From assembly GCA_022072165.1 (NCBI GenBank), contig JAJVIF010000001.1:273353-337352 (forward strand): DNA of 64,000 nucleotides. Direction: 5' to 3'. Made by a program: the position numbers and the translations under genes. Below the pieces are notes generated by a model. It saw nothing but the letters and a program-made list of their open reading frames with translations. It was not told where the DNA came from and searched no databases. This document shows positions 36,086 to 45,268 of the stretch, in pieces (position 1 is the stretch's first letter; each line of letters opens with the position of its first letter). This DNA comes from a bacterium. Lineage in GTDB: Bacteria; JAJVIF01.

Positions 36086-38487
36086 CGAAAGACGGGATAC
36101 CCCTCAAAGTCGTTATCTGTGTTGCTGATATTGATCAGCTGCGACGAGGGCGCGTCTTCGTCATAGACCCAGATGTCCGCGTCGACGATCGAAGGGGATG
36201 TGAGATCCGAAAGGTCCGCTTCCAGGGCGACAAACGCCACTTTGCGACCCGTCCGATTAAAGACCGGCTGAATCGGAATGTACGCCGTGGCTGGGGCGGG
36301 AGGGGTGCCCATCCCCGACAGGTTGATCTCTGTCAGTGCGCCGCTGGAGGCGTTCACAAAGGCCAGCTTGAAGCTCCGGGGCAGGTTCAGCAGATTGACA
36401 TCAATGTAGGTGCAGACCAGCCGGGTCCCATCGGGTGACCAGTCGGGATAGAACACGCCGCGGGTGGTTGATGAGTCCGCGATGGTCGTGAGCTTCGTAA
36501 AGCTGGACCCCGGGTTCTGTGGGTCGAACGTGTAGAGGTTGCCGTTCGCCCGGAGCGGCGGCAGCGCAGCGCTGGCGGAAATGCCGGTGCCCGATGAAAT
36601 CACGGCCCGGTCACTACGCGAGGGATCCCAGTCCGGACCCGCCAGGTCCGCGAAGAGGCGTTCTCCCTGGATGGTTAGTCCAGGCAGTCCCCGGGGGACG
36701 CCGCTGAATGTGCCGAGCTTCAGGCCGGTCAGGAAATCGCCGACCACCAGCTCTGGAGCGAGACCCGCTTCCAGTGCCAGGAACGGATGCGCTCCCGGAT
36801 ACCCGCTGCTGGGCAATTGTCCGATACTGGGGTGCAGATAAAACGTGTCTTGCAGCGGACGAGGAATCCGTCGGAATGGATGACTCTGCTGAATCCCGGA
36901 GCGATCAAGCGAGTTCAGATCCCCAGCTGGCCCGATCAGCATCAGTTGCCGCGCTTGTGGGCCTACGAACTCGGCAAAAGCAGTACCGAAGACCACACCC
37001 ATACTCCCCGGAACGACCTCACGAAATGGCAACAACTGGACCAGCCTCGTGGTGCCGCCGCCGAGCAGCGTCGCGGTCGATGTCGCCAAGAGCACCTCAT
37101 TGCTGTCCGGTCCTGCCCCGCCTTTGATCAGCTGGTAGCTCCGGATGGGAACCGCACGCTCCGCGCTCGGGAGCAGGGTGCCCGGCTCGACCCCGAAGCG
37201 ATAGTTCGCTGCCTGCGGATCGCTGTCTTCGGGGTCGATGACTCGCACCAGCCCATAGCTGTTCCCAGCGCCAACGGTAAATTCTGACGTTATCGTCCCG
37301 GAATACCGCAAAGGCGTCAGCGGACCACCATCGCCCGCCACATGTGTCAGTTGCTGTGGGGTAGAGGTCAGTCCGTCAAGAAAGACCTCCACGACGGGCA
37401 CACCGCTTGCCCCTGGCTGCACCAGCTGTACGTCTGTTTCATCGCTGAGATTGGCATCGCCTGCTTCCTGCGCGAAGGTGTCCCAGTCGCGGATGGCGGT
37501 GACAAAGGTGGCAGTGGATCCGGCATTAAGCCCAATCTCAGTCATCCCAGGCACGATCACCTGCGACACATCAAGGGCGTTGTAGGGGAGGCGATAGGCG
37601 AAGAGCAACGGATCGCCGGATTCGGCAGGGAAGCGGCGCGTGATCCCCCCTTCACCGCGGGGGTCGGTCCACTTGGCGAGGAGGGCAAAGGTCAGCGTCC
37701 AGGGGACCGCAATCCCCGGACCTTCCAGCAGCAGGACCCCTTCGGTCTGCTGCCCGCCATGCAGATAGTCATAGCCGGTCCAGCCGATGTTTTCCGCGCC
37801 GATGTTGCTGCGCTGCCAGCCGCCACCATCCCCATCATAGGAACCGGTCATGAGTCCCTCATTGCTGACATTGGCGCGCGAGTCGTATGCCTCGTTCACC
37901 AGCAGCCAGGCCGGGAAGAGGTCCCCGGGATTGATGAAATTTTGCGGCGGCACAGGCACGAGCCCCTCAATCTCCACATACGCATCCGGCAGAAGGGCAC
38001 CATCATTACGGACTCCCTGACCATCGTAGGTGCCGATTTGATCTTTGGAAATCAGGACGAGATACCCCGTGTACCCCAGGTCGGCTCGATTTTTCCCACT
38101 GATGGGGGCCTCGAAGTTTGGCGCCGGGAACGGGTGCGCGTGACGCCATTCGAGAAGCAACGAACCTGCCGGACCCCGCCGGACACTGGTGATGCGGAAA
38201 TCAACCGGTTTCACGAACGGGCTGATGTCGATCTGATAGCTCAGCGCTTGCGGCGGCTGGGCCGCCAGGAGCCGGGAGGGCTCCACCTGTGCACTGAGTG
38301 ACAGCGGGTCGATGGTGACATTAAACATCCCGATGGTGGCGAGATCAGTCCGGACCTGGGATTCCGGAACGTGCTGGGGCACCGATGGCAGCCGGTTTCC
38401 TGCCTGGCAGGCGAACAGCATCCAGGGAAGCGTGAGCAGCCCCAGCTTCAGGGACCACTGCGAGTAAAAGAGGGGATTGGCGGCCAT
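36082..38487 (-). CDS. Large lipoprotein with C-terminal TolB/PD40-like repeats
   Basis: ATG 38487 with SD GAGGA; lipobox LFAC; PDWSPDGTRLV, PVFNRTGRKVAF and DIWVYD. Confidence 0.75.
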   Translation of the reverse strand: MAANPLFYSQWSLKLGLLTLPWMLFACQAGNRLPSVPQHVPESQVRTDLATIGMFNVTIDPLSLSAQVEPSRLLAAQPPQALSYQIDISPFVKPVDFRITSVRRGPAGSLLLEWRHAHPFPAPNFEAPISGKNRADLGYTGYLVLISKDQIGTYDGQGVRNDGALLPDAYVEIEGLVPVPPQNFINPGDLFPAWLLVNEAYDSRANVSNEGLMTGSYDGDGGGWQRSNIGAENIGWTGYDYLHGGQQTEGVLLLEGPGIAVPWTLTFALLAKWTDPRGEGGITRRFPAESGDPLLFAYRLPYNALDVSQVIVPGMTEIGLNAGSTATFVTAIRDWDTFAQEAGDANLSDETDVQLVQPGASGVPVVEVFLDGLTSTPQQLTHVAGDGGPLTPLRYSGTITSEFTVGAGNSYGLVRVIDPEDSDPQAANYRFGVEPGTLLPSAERAVPIRSYQLIKGGAGPDSNEVLLATSTATLLGGGTTRLVQLLPFREVVPGSMGVVFGTAFAEFVGPQARQLMLIGPAGDLNSLDRSGIQQSHPFRRIPRPLQDTFYLHPSIGQLPSSGYPGAHPFLALEAGLAPELVVGDFLTGLKLGTFSGVPRGLPGLTIQGERLFADLAGPDWDPSRSDRAVISSGTGISASAALPPLRANGNLYTFDPQNPGSSFTKLTTIADSSTTRGVFYPDWSPDGTRLVCTYIDVNLLNLPRSFKLAFVNASSGALTEINLSGMGTPPAPATAYIPIQPVFNRTGRKVAFVALEADLSDLTSPSIVDADIWVYDEDAPSSQLINISNTDNDFEGYPVFR

Positions 38488-38602
38488 GGCGACGTCCTCG
38501 TGCAGGAGATGCCAGAGATTGTAGGCCCCCGGAGCACCCCCGAGACATTGATTCGACATTCTGTCGGCTGGCACCATTGCGGTACGCTTCATCGCGCATC
38601 CT

Positions 38603-39628
38603 ATGGCCACGACTCGCACCGCCCCGGCTCCCGCCCCCAGTCCGCTCCCTGTCGCTGAGCGCGAGGCGTCGCCCTGTCTCGACATCTCGGTCGTCATTCC
38701 GCTGCGCAACGAAGAGGGGTCGCTCCGGGAATTGCATCGGCAGCTCAGCGAGGTCCTCGGAGCGTCGGGGCTCACATTCGAGCTGCTCTTCATTGATGAC
38801 GGGTCCGACGACGGTAGCGACACCATCCTGCGGGATTTGCACCGTACCGATGACCGGGTCACCGTCGTGACCCTGCGTCGTAACTTCGGCAAAGCGCAGG
38901 CTCTGGCGACCGGCTTTGATCTGGCTCGCGGACGCATCATCCTGACCATCGATGCGGACCTGCAGGACGATCCTCACGAAATCCCTGAGTTCCTGAAGAC
39001 CCTGGACACCGGTTACGACCTCGTGGTGGGCTGGAAACGCCGTCGCCGCGACCGGGTCACCCGGGTCCTGGCGAGCCGGGTGTTTAACCTCGTGAACCGG
39101 GTCTGCTTTGGGTTGCCTTTGCACGACATGAACTGCGGCTTTAAGGCCATCCGACGGGAGGTCTTAGGCGAACTGGGGCTCTACGGCGAGTTGCATCGGT
39201 ACATCCCCATCTATGCGCACGCCCGGGGCTTTCGGGTCACGGAGATCCCGGTCCTGCATCATCCGCGGAAGCACGGACGCAGCAAGTACGGACTGGAGCG
39301 GTACCTCCGCGGATTCTTCGACTTCCTCACCAGTCTGCTCCTGACCCGCTTCGCGAAGCGGCCGCTGCACTTTTTTGGCGGCGTGGGGTTCACCGTAGGG
39401 ACCATCGGGCTCGCGATCTGTATCGTGCTGACCCTGCAATGGCTCCGGGGCAACACCGCGCTGTCCGAGCGCCCGCTGCTCATCCTTGGGGTGATGCTCA
39501 TCATTCTGGGGGTCCAGACCATCTCCATCGGACTGGTCGGGGAAATGCTGATTCATCGCGAAGAAACCCGCAGCACTCAGGGCCAGCATCCGATCCGGGC
39601 GTTGCTGCGCCGGGCCGCTGTCAGCTGA
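38603..39628 (+). CDS. GT2 polyprenyl-phosphate glycosyltransferase (ArnC/GtrB-like)
   Basis: IDDGSDD, RNFGKAQAL, IDADLQDDP, DMNCGFK, ELHRYIP and two C-terminal TM helices. Confidence 0.93.
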   Translation: MATTRTAPAPAPSPLPVAEREASPCLDISVVIPLRNEEGSLRELHRQLSEVLGASGLTFELLFIDDGSDDGSDTILRDLHRTDDRVTVVTLRRNFGKAQALATGFDLARGRIILTIDADLQDDPHEIPEFLKTLDTGYDLVVGWKRRRRDRVTRVLASRVFNLVNRVCFGLPLHDMNCGFKAIRREVLGELGLYGELHRYIPIYAHARGFRVTEIPVLHHPRKHGRSKYGLERYLRGFFDFLTSLLLTRFAKRPLHFFGGVGFTVGTIGLAICIVLTLQWLRGNTALSERPLLILGVMLIILGVQTISIGLVGEMLIHREETRSTQGQHPIRALLRRAAVS

Positions 39629-39632
39629 CAAC

Positions 39633-40478
39633 GTGGCTGCTGCACCGCTCCCCCTCGCGATATGCCTCGTTACCTGGAATCACTGGGCAGACACCGCCGA
39701 GTGTCTCGCTTCCCTAAAGGCCGCAGATTGCGATCCTCCCCCTGAGGTTTGGGTGGTCGACAACCAGTCTGCCGATGACACAGTTGAGCGCATCCGCCAC
39801 GAATTTCCTGACATCCGACTTCTGGAGAACGCCTGGAACGCCGGATTTGCGGTCGCCATGAATCAGGCCCTGGGTGCGGTGCTGGCAGCGACCCCAGCTG
39901 ACCAGGACCGGCTGATCCTGTTGTTAAACAACGACACCCTGCTCGCCACCTCCTGCCTGACCCAACTCACCACCGGGTTGGAATCGCAGCCCGTCGCCGG
40001 GATCGCAGCCCCCACGATCTACTACCACGCATCCCCGGAACAGGTCTGGTATGCCGGCGGGGGCCTTGATTCGGTGCGCTGTCGCGCCTGGCACGAGGGG
40101 CTCCGGACAGTCGCAGCACCGTCAGGGCCACCGACACCTACGGGCTATGCCACCGGGTGTGCACTCCTGGTGCGGGCCAGCGTCCTGCGCCAGGTGGGGC
40201 TCCTCGATGAGGGGTACTTCATGTACTGGGAGGATGCCGATCTCTGCTGTCGCGCCAGAGCGGCAGGCTGGGAAGTCCTGTGGATTCCCGAGGCCCGTCT
40301 CTGGCACAAAGTCTCCACCTCCACGGGTGGCAACCTGGCTCCACGGAAACTCTGGCGAAAGTTCGCCAGTGGCTGGCGATTCTGGTCGCGATGGCATGAG
40401 CGTCCCCTCTGGCCCCTCGCGTACCTGCAGACTTCGTGGCAGGACTTCCAGCGTGCGCGACAGGCGACCGCAGGATGA
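39633..40478 (+). CDS. GT2 glycosyltransferase
   Basis: VDNQSAD, NAGFA, LLNND, GCALL, YFMYWEDADL and WHK. Confidence 0.92.
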   Translation: MAAAPLPLAICLVTWNHWADTAECLASLKAADCDPPPEVWVVDNQSADDTVERIRHEFPDIRLLENAWNAGFAVAMNQALGAVLAATPADQDRLILLLNNDTLLATSCLTQLTTGLESQPVAGIAAPTIYYHASPEQVWYAGGGLDSVRCRAWHEGLRTVAAPSGPPTPTGYATGCALLVRASVLRQVGLLDEGYFMYWEDADLCCRARAAGWEVLWIPEARLWHKVSTSTGGNLAPRKLWRKFASGWRFWSRWHERPLWPLAYLQTSWQDFQRARQATAG

Positions 40479-40482
40479 CCCC

Positions 40483-41841
40483 ATGACCGCACCGCTCAAC
40501 GTGCTCCTCGTGACCTATGCCTTCCCACCCCGGGGGGGAGTCGCGGTTCAGCGGGTCCTCTCCTGGGCGCGGCACCTGCCAGCGCATGGCATTCGGCTTA
40601 CGGTCCTGACGGCCACGCCGCCGCTGGGAACCGTTCAGGCCGACACGTCCCTGCTGACGGAGGTACCGGACGACGTACGGGTTATCCGGACCCCATCGCT
40701 GGAGCCCTACCGGCTCTACCGCGCGCTGGGAGGGAAGCGAGCCCAGGATGATCCTCGTCAGCGCGCGACACAAGTTGCAGGATCGAGACAACAAGGGGGA
40801 GTAGGGGAGCGAATCTATCGCTGGGTGCAGGAGCGCTGGCTGGTCCCGGACCCGAAAATCGGATGGTTCCCCTTCGCGCTGGAAGCCGCAAGGGGACTGC
40901 AAGAGGAAGGCTATCGCCCCGATGTCGTTCTTGCTACGCAGCCGCCGGCGACTGCCCTGGTGATCGGTGATGCCCTCGCCCAGCGCTGGAAGGCGCCCCT
41001 GGTGGTGGACTACCGGGACCCCTGGAACAGTGGGTACTACCCGCTGGATCGACCACCAGCTGTCGCGGACCGGGAGATCGCCCTGGAGCGCCGGGTGCTC
41101 CAGCGTGCAGCTGCGGTCGTGACGGTCTCCGCCAGCTTCGCCGAAAAGCTTTCTAGATTAGTACAAGATGATTCAGGTTTAATGGAGAAACTGGCGCTTA
41201 TTGAGAACGGTTATGATCCTATTTTTGGTGAAAACATAGAGTCAATTGGGGAAAACAGGCCAGTGCTCCTACACGCTGGATCGCTCTATGCCCAGCGTTC
41301 CCCGGAGCCCTTCTTCGCTGCCCTGCGTGCACTGACAACCGAGGATCCTGCCCTGACCGCTGACTGGACCCTGCGGCTGCAAGGGAATGTCGCGCCGGAT
41401 TATCTTCGCGATGCCGAGGCGACTGGTGTCCGCGTGCAATTCGACGGCTTCGTGAGCCATCGCGATGCCCTCCTGGCGCAGCGGCAGGCTGAGATTCTGC
41501 TCCTTTTTACCGAGGGGATGCTCACCGCCAAGGTCTACGAGTATCTGGCAGCGCGCCGACCGATCCTCGCCATCGGTCCTGCGCCAGATCTGGACGCGCT
41601 CCTGCAGTCCTGGGGAGCTGGTCGCTGTTACGACCCTGCAGACAATAAGGGGATCCGGGACGCCCTCAAAACGCTGATGCAGCACCGAAATGCGACGGGG
41701 CAGACAGCTCCGCTCTCGCTCCACAAAGACCTCGCCACGATTCAACGGTCGGCATTAGCGGGCGATCTCGCCAGACTCCTCTACCGGGTGGCCGGCCGGC
41801 CAGCACCGGTGCACACGTATACTCCCTCATCCCATGCCTGA
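40483..41841 (+). CDS. GT4 family glycosyltransferase
   Basis: YAFPP..GV.VQR, VPD...GW, DYRDPW, IENGYD, AGSLY and KVYEYLAARRP. Confidence 0.9.
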   Translation: MTAPLNVLLVTYAFPPRGGVAVQRVLSWARHLPAHGIRLTVLTATPPLGTVQADTSLLTEVPDDVRVIRTPSLEPYRLYRALGGKRAQDDPRQRATQVAGSRQQGGVGERIYRWVQERWLVPDPKIGWFPFALEAARGLQEEGYRPDVVLATQPPATALVIGDALAQRWKAPLVVDYRDPWNSGYYPLDRPPAVADREIALERRVLQRAAAVVTVSASFAEKLSRLVQDDSGLMEKLALIENGYDPIFGENIESIGENRPVLLHAGSLYAQRSPEPFFAALRALTTEDPALTADWTLRLQGNVAPDYLRDAEATGVRVQFDGFVSHRDALLAQRQAEILLLFTEGMLTAKVYEYLAARRPILAIGPAPDLDALLQSWGAGRCYDPADNKGIRDALKTLMQHRNATGQTAPLSLHKDLATIQRSALAGDLARLLYRVAGRPAPVHTYTPSSHA

Positions 41842-44251
41842 ACCCCCCGTCACGACAGGGGGAGACCCGGAGTCCCATCGCGAGGACCCGGCGTCTCAGA
41901 CTGCTCCTGCTCCGGACTCCACATCGCCGTCGAACGCCGCCGCCGGTGACCCGGGGATCGGGATGGTGCGGGATTCTGTCCAGACCTTTCTCGCGCAGCT
42001 GGTTTCCATCGTCGTTGCGATCGTCTCCTCCGTCCTGCTTGGGCGGACCCTCCTTCCCACCGGAAAAGGACTCTTTTCCATCCTCATTCTGATTCCCAAG
42101 AGTGCCTGGACCTTCGGCACGCTGGGTCTCGATCAGGTCAACACCGTCTACGCCGGCCGCGACCCGGAGCGTCGGCATGAACTCGCCACGACCAGCCTGT
42201 TTCTCGGCATGGCGATTTCGATTCTTGCCTGTCTGCTGGTGGCGATTTTCCTCTACTGGCCCGGACGCGGCGCGGCCAGGGTCGACATCCAGCCTGGGGA
42301 TTTCCTGGTCGCAATCGATGGCGTACCGGTCGCGCCAGGCTCTCTCGAACCCCTGGCCTACACCCCCTTTGGCCGGGAGGTACCGGTCACGATCTGGCGG
42401 CAGGGGACCTTGCTGGAGCGGAGCATCCCGGCTGAAGCGGTTGATGGACCATTCGCCATCGAGCAGGAGTTCCGGCTCTCGGCCCTGAATACCTGGCGGT
42501 TTGGCCTGACCGTCAACCCGCTCTTTAGCCAGCAATACTGGGTTCCCGCGCTGAATGCCGGACTGGTGCCTTTGACTCAGGAGCACTGGGATGAACTCGC
42601 AGCCCGCCGCGAGGCCGGGCTCCTGCCATCGGACATCCCGTTCCCTGATCCGCAGCCCGCCTATCTGGTGGGTGATGTCGGCGAAAGTGGGCGGCTGGAA
42701 CGCCTCCGCGGCGAAAGACCGTCCGCCACTGACCTGCGTCGGGGCGATGTCATCCTCGCCATGAACGGCGCACCCCTGCGACCCGTGCTGATGGATGTCG
42801 CGCCGGAAGTGCCTCGTGGTGGGTCGCTGACATTGACCGTGTTTCGGCAGGGAGCATCGGTGGACATCACGGTGACTCCTGAAGCTACCGCAGGCTCCCC
42901 GGAACCACGGGGACTGCAACTTTCGCAGCCCGGACTCCGGGAATTGGGCCTGTTGAAAAATCTGCACTGGCAGGAGCAGCAGTACTTTCCAGCAAGCGGC
43001 ATCGCGGTGGCGTTTATGACCCCGGATCGACAGCAGGATCTGCGTTTGCGGGCTGGACTTCCCGGGGTCTTCGCGGTCGGCACGACAGTCCCGGATGGCC
43101 CCGCCGCCCTGGTCTGCCAGGTGGATTACCCCTGGTTGCGGCGGTGGTCCCAGGACCTGCCCCGCAATCTTTTCATGCTGACCATGCTCTTTTTTCCGCT
43201 CACCGCTGCGGCGTACCTTATGGACAGCATCCTGTATGGCCTCAATCTGATTCGCCTGCGCAATCAGAAAGCGGTCATCACCAACATCGTGCTGGCGCTG
43301 CTCTACTTTTTCGGGCTCTATCTCTATGGTCATCAGCATCTCGCCCTTACCCCCCGGAGCGCGGAGGGGCTGCTCCAGCTCATTGAGATTGCAGTCTGGA
43401 TCACCCTGATTCATGGAGCGTTCATCGCGCTCTACTCCTGGTACCTCATCGCCCCCCGGGCGAAATTTGCCCGTAAGTTTCTCAATCTGCCCTACGTCTT
43501 CGACTGCTTCCGGCACATCGGCTGGCAGTCCTATGTCGCCAACTCGGCGTCGTACCTCTTTTACGACGTCGACATCTTCATCATCACGTCCATCATCGCG
43601 CACGGCACTACGACCCTGACGCTCGACAATCTGGGGAACTACACGCAGGCGACCAACATCGTGGAGCGGGTCTGGATTGTCCCCGGGGCCATCGCCACCG
43701 CATTGCTCCCGAAGCTCACAAACTTTGGAGTGGCGAAGGCGGGGGAACTGACACCCAAGGGGATCCGCCACACACTGATTCTCACCATCGCAATTCTGGT
43801 TCCCCTCTGTATCGTGATGCCGTGGCTGATCCCGGTGCTCTGGGGACCGGAGTTCCTGCCGACTTTGAGCCCGTTCTATCTGTTGGCTCCTGGCATCCTG
43901 CTCTTCTCGTTGAGCAAGGTCTACTCGGCACACTTACTCGGCATCGCCAAGCCGGTGTACGCCATGTGGTACTCGATCCTGGCAGTCATCGTGAACGTGG
44001 TGATGAACTACCTGCTCATCCCGCAGGAAGCCATCGTCATGGGCGTCGCGATTGGTGGGATCAACGGCGCGGCGATCGCCTCGACTGTCGCGTATTCTCT
44101 GCATTCGTTTCTCATGCTCTCGGCGTACTGCAAAGAAGCACAGACCACACCAGCGCAAATCTTCCGATTCACCAAAGATGACTGGTACCTCTATGTACGC
44201 GGGGCGCAGGCTGGCATCAGCATTGTCCGGAAGCTCCTGCGATGGTCCTAA
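41834..44251 (+). CDS. Wzx/MOP-type oligosaccharide flippase with inserted tandem PDZ domains
   Basis: Flippase TM pattern (GRTLLPTGKG; DIFII..LGNYTQA; LLPKL; LWGPEF; NYLLIP..GINGAAIAS) interrupted after TM3 by GDFLVAIDGVPV and GDVILAMNGAPL PDZ motifs. Confidence 0.85.
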   Translation: MPEPPVTTGGDPESHREDPASQTAPAPDSTSPSNAAAGDPGIGMVRDSVQTFLAQLVSIVVAIVSSVLLGRTLLPTGKGLFSILILIPKSAWTFGTLGLDQVNTVYAGRDPERRHELATTSLFLGMAISILACLLVAIFLYWPGRGAARVDIQPGDFLVAIDGVPVAPGSLEPLAYTPFGREVPVTIWRQGTLLERSIPAEAVDGPFAIEQEFRLSALNTWRFGLTVNPLFSQQYWVPALNAGLVPLTQEHWDELAARREAGLLPSDIPFPDPQPAYLVGDVGESGRLERLRGERPSATDLRRGDVILAMNGAPLRPVLMDVAPEVPRGGSLTLTVFRQGASVDITVTPEATAGSPEPRGLQLSQPGLRELGLLKNLHWQEQQYFPASGIAVAFMTPDRQQDLRLRAGLPGVFAVGTTVPDGPAALVCQVDYPWLRRWSQDLPRNLFMLTMLFFPLTAAAYLMDSILYGLNLIRLRNQKAVITNIVLALLYFFGLYLYGHQHLALTPRSAEGLLQLIEIAVWITLIHGAFIALYSWYLIAPRAKFARKFLNLPYVFDCFRHIGWQSYVANSASYLFYDVDIFIITSIIAHGTTTLTLDNLGNYTQATNIVERVWIVPGAIATALLPKLTNFGVAKAGELTPKGIRHTLILTIAILVPLCIVMPWLIPVLWGPEFLPTLSPFYLLAPGILLFSLSKVYSAHLLGIAKPVYAMWYSILAVIVNVVMNYLLIPQEAIVMGVAIGGINGAAIASTVAYSLHSFLMLSAYCKEAQTTPAQIFRFTKDDWYLYVRGAQAGISIVRKLLRWS

Positions 44252-45261
44252 GTCGGAACAGGAAGCTCAGCCGGGCTGACTGGCCGCACTACGGGCTTCC
44301 CGTCCGCTGACAGTTCTGACCCCATCACAAATTCCCGATTGGCCATTAGCCCGGTTCGGATGGGATGCTGGCTCGCGCCAATCCGGGCCAGCTTGCCAAA
44401 CCGCAGGACCCCCGCCTTGATGCGGAGCGTGGCGTCGAGGGAGCGAAAGGTGGAACGGGCCGCCCGGACTCCATAATGCTTTGCCAGATACTGGAAGGCT
44501 GACCGGAAAAAGCGCTCATGCACCACGATCTGCGCGGCTTCATCGTTGCCCGATGAGCCGCCCCCTTCGTGCATCGCCACAATGTCAGGATGCACCATCA
44601 CTTTCCAGTGGGTTTGATGACACCGGGTTGCCCAGTCGGTCTCCTCGAAGTACAGAAAGAAGCGTTCATCAAACGGTCCCACCTCCTCCCACGCGGACCG
44701 TCGCAAGAACCACATCGCTCCACAGGGATAGCCCACCTCGAAGGGCTGGTCCGTACCAGGAGCCAGGCCTCGACCCAGATCCCAGGCCGGGTTGGCCAAA
44801 AGACGCCGGAGTCCGGAGTAGGCGAACCAGAGTTTGAACGGGGACGGCAGAGCCCCGTAGACCAGCTCGGAGGTACCGCGTGGATTCAGGAGATTGCCCC
44901 CGACCAGTCCGACCTCCGGAGTGGCATCCAGATACGCGCAGGCGCGTTGCAATGTTTCGGGTCGCAGCTCCAAATCCGGGTTGAGTATCCCCAGGTAGTC
45001 GCCGCCGACATTCCGGGCGATGGTATTGACCCCCCCGGCATACCCCACGTTGTCGGGGCGGGCGATGAGCCGGAAAGGAGCCCCCGGCCAGCGTTCTGCC
45101 AGATAGGCTGCCGTGCCATCTGGCGAAGCGTTATCTACCACCACCAGATCCACGCCCGGCTCCGCTTCCATCGCCCGGAAGACCGATTCCAGACAGCGAT
45201 CAATGTGTCGCCGGGAGTTGTACGTGATGATCCCCAGCCCAAGCCGGGTGTTGCTGTTCAC
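44248..45261 (-). CDS. GT2 glycosyltransferase
   Basis: VVDNASPDGT, NVGYAGGVN, LNPD, GPFDERFFLYFEETDW and HEGGGS. Confidence 0.92.
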   Translation of the reverse strand: MNSNTRLGLGIITYNSRRHIDRCLESVFRAMEAEPGVDLVVVDNASPDGTAAYLAERWPGAPFRLIARPDNVGYAGGVNTIARNVGGDYLGILNPDLELRPETLQRACAYLDATPEVGLVGGNLLNPRGTSELVYGALPSPFKLWFAYSGLRRLLANPAWDLGRGLAPGTDQPFEVGYPCGAMWFLRRSAWEEVGPFDERFFLYFEETDWATRCHQTHWKVMVHPDIVAMHEGGGSSGNDEAAQIVVHERFFRSAFQYLAKHYGVRAARSTFRSLDATLRIKAGVLRFGKLARIGASQHPIRTGLMANREFVMGSELSADGKPVVRPVSPAELPVPT

Positions 45262-45268
45262 CCGTGGA

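Noticed and set aside
38488-38949. N-terminal extension of the 955-aa ORF (similar extensions on the GT4, nfo, M16 and prs ORFs)
   Set aside because: Overlaps a genuine neighbouring gene or promoter; internal starts have an SD, signal peptide or -10 element
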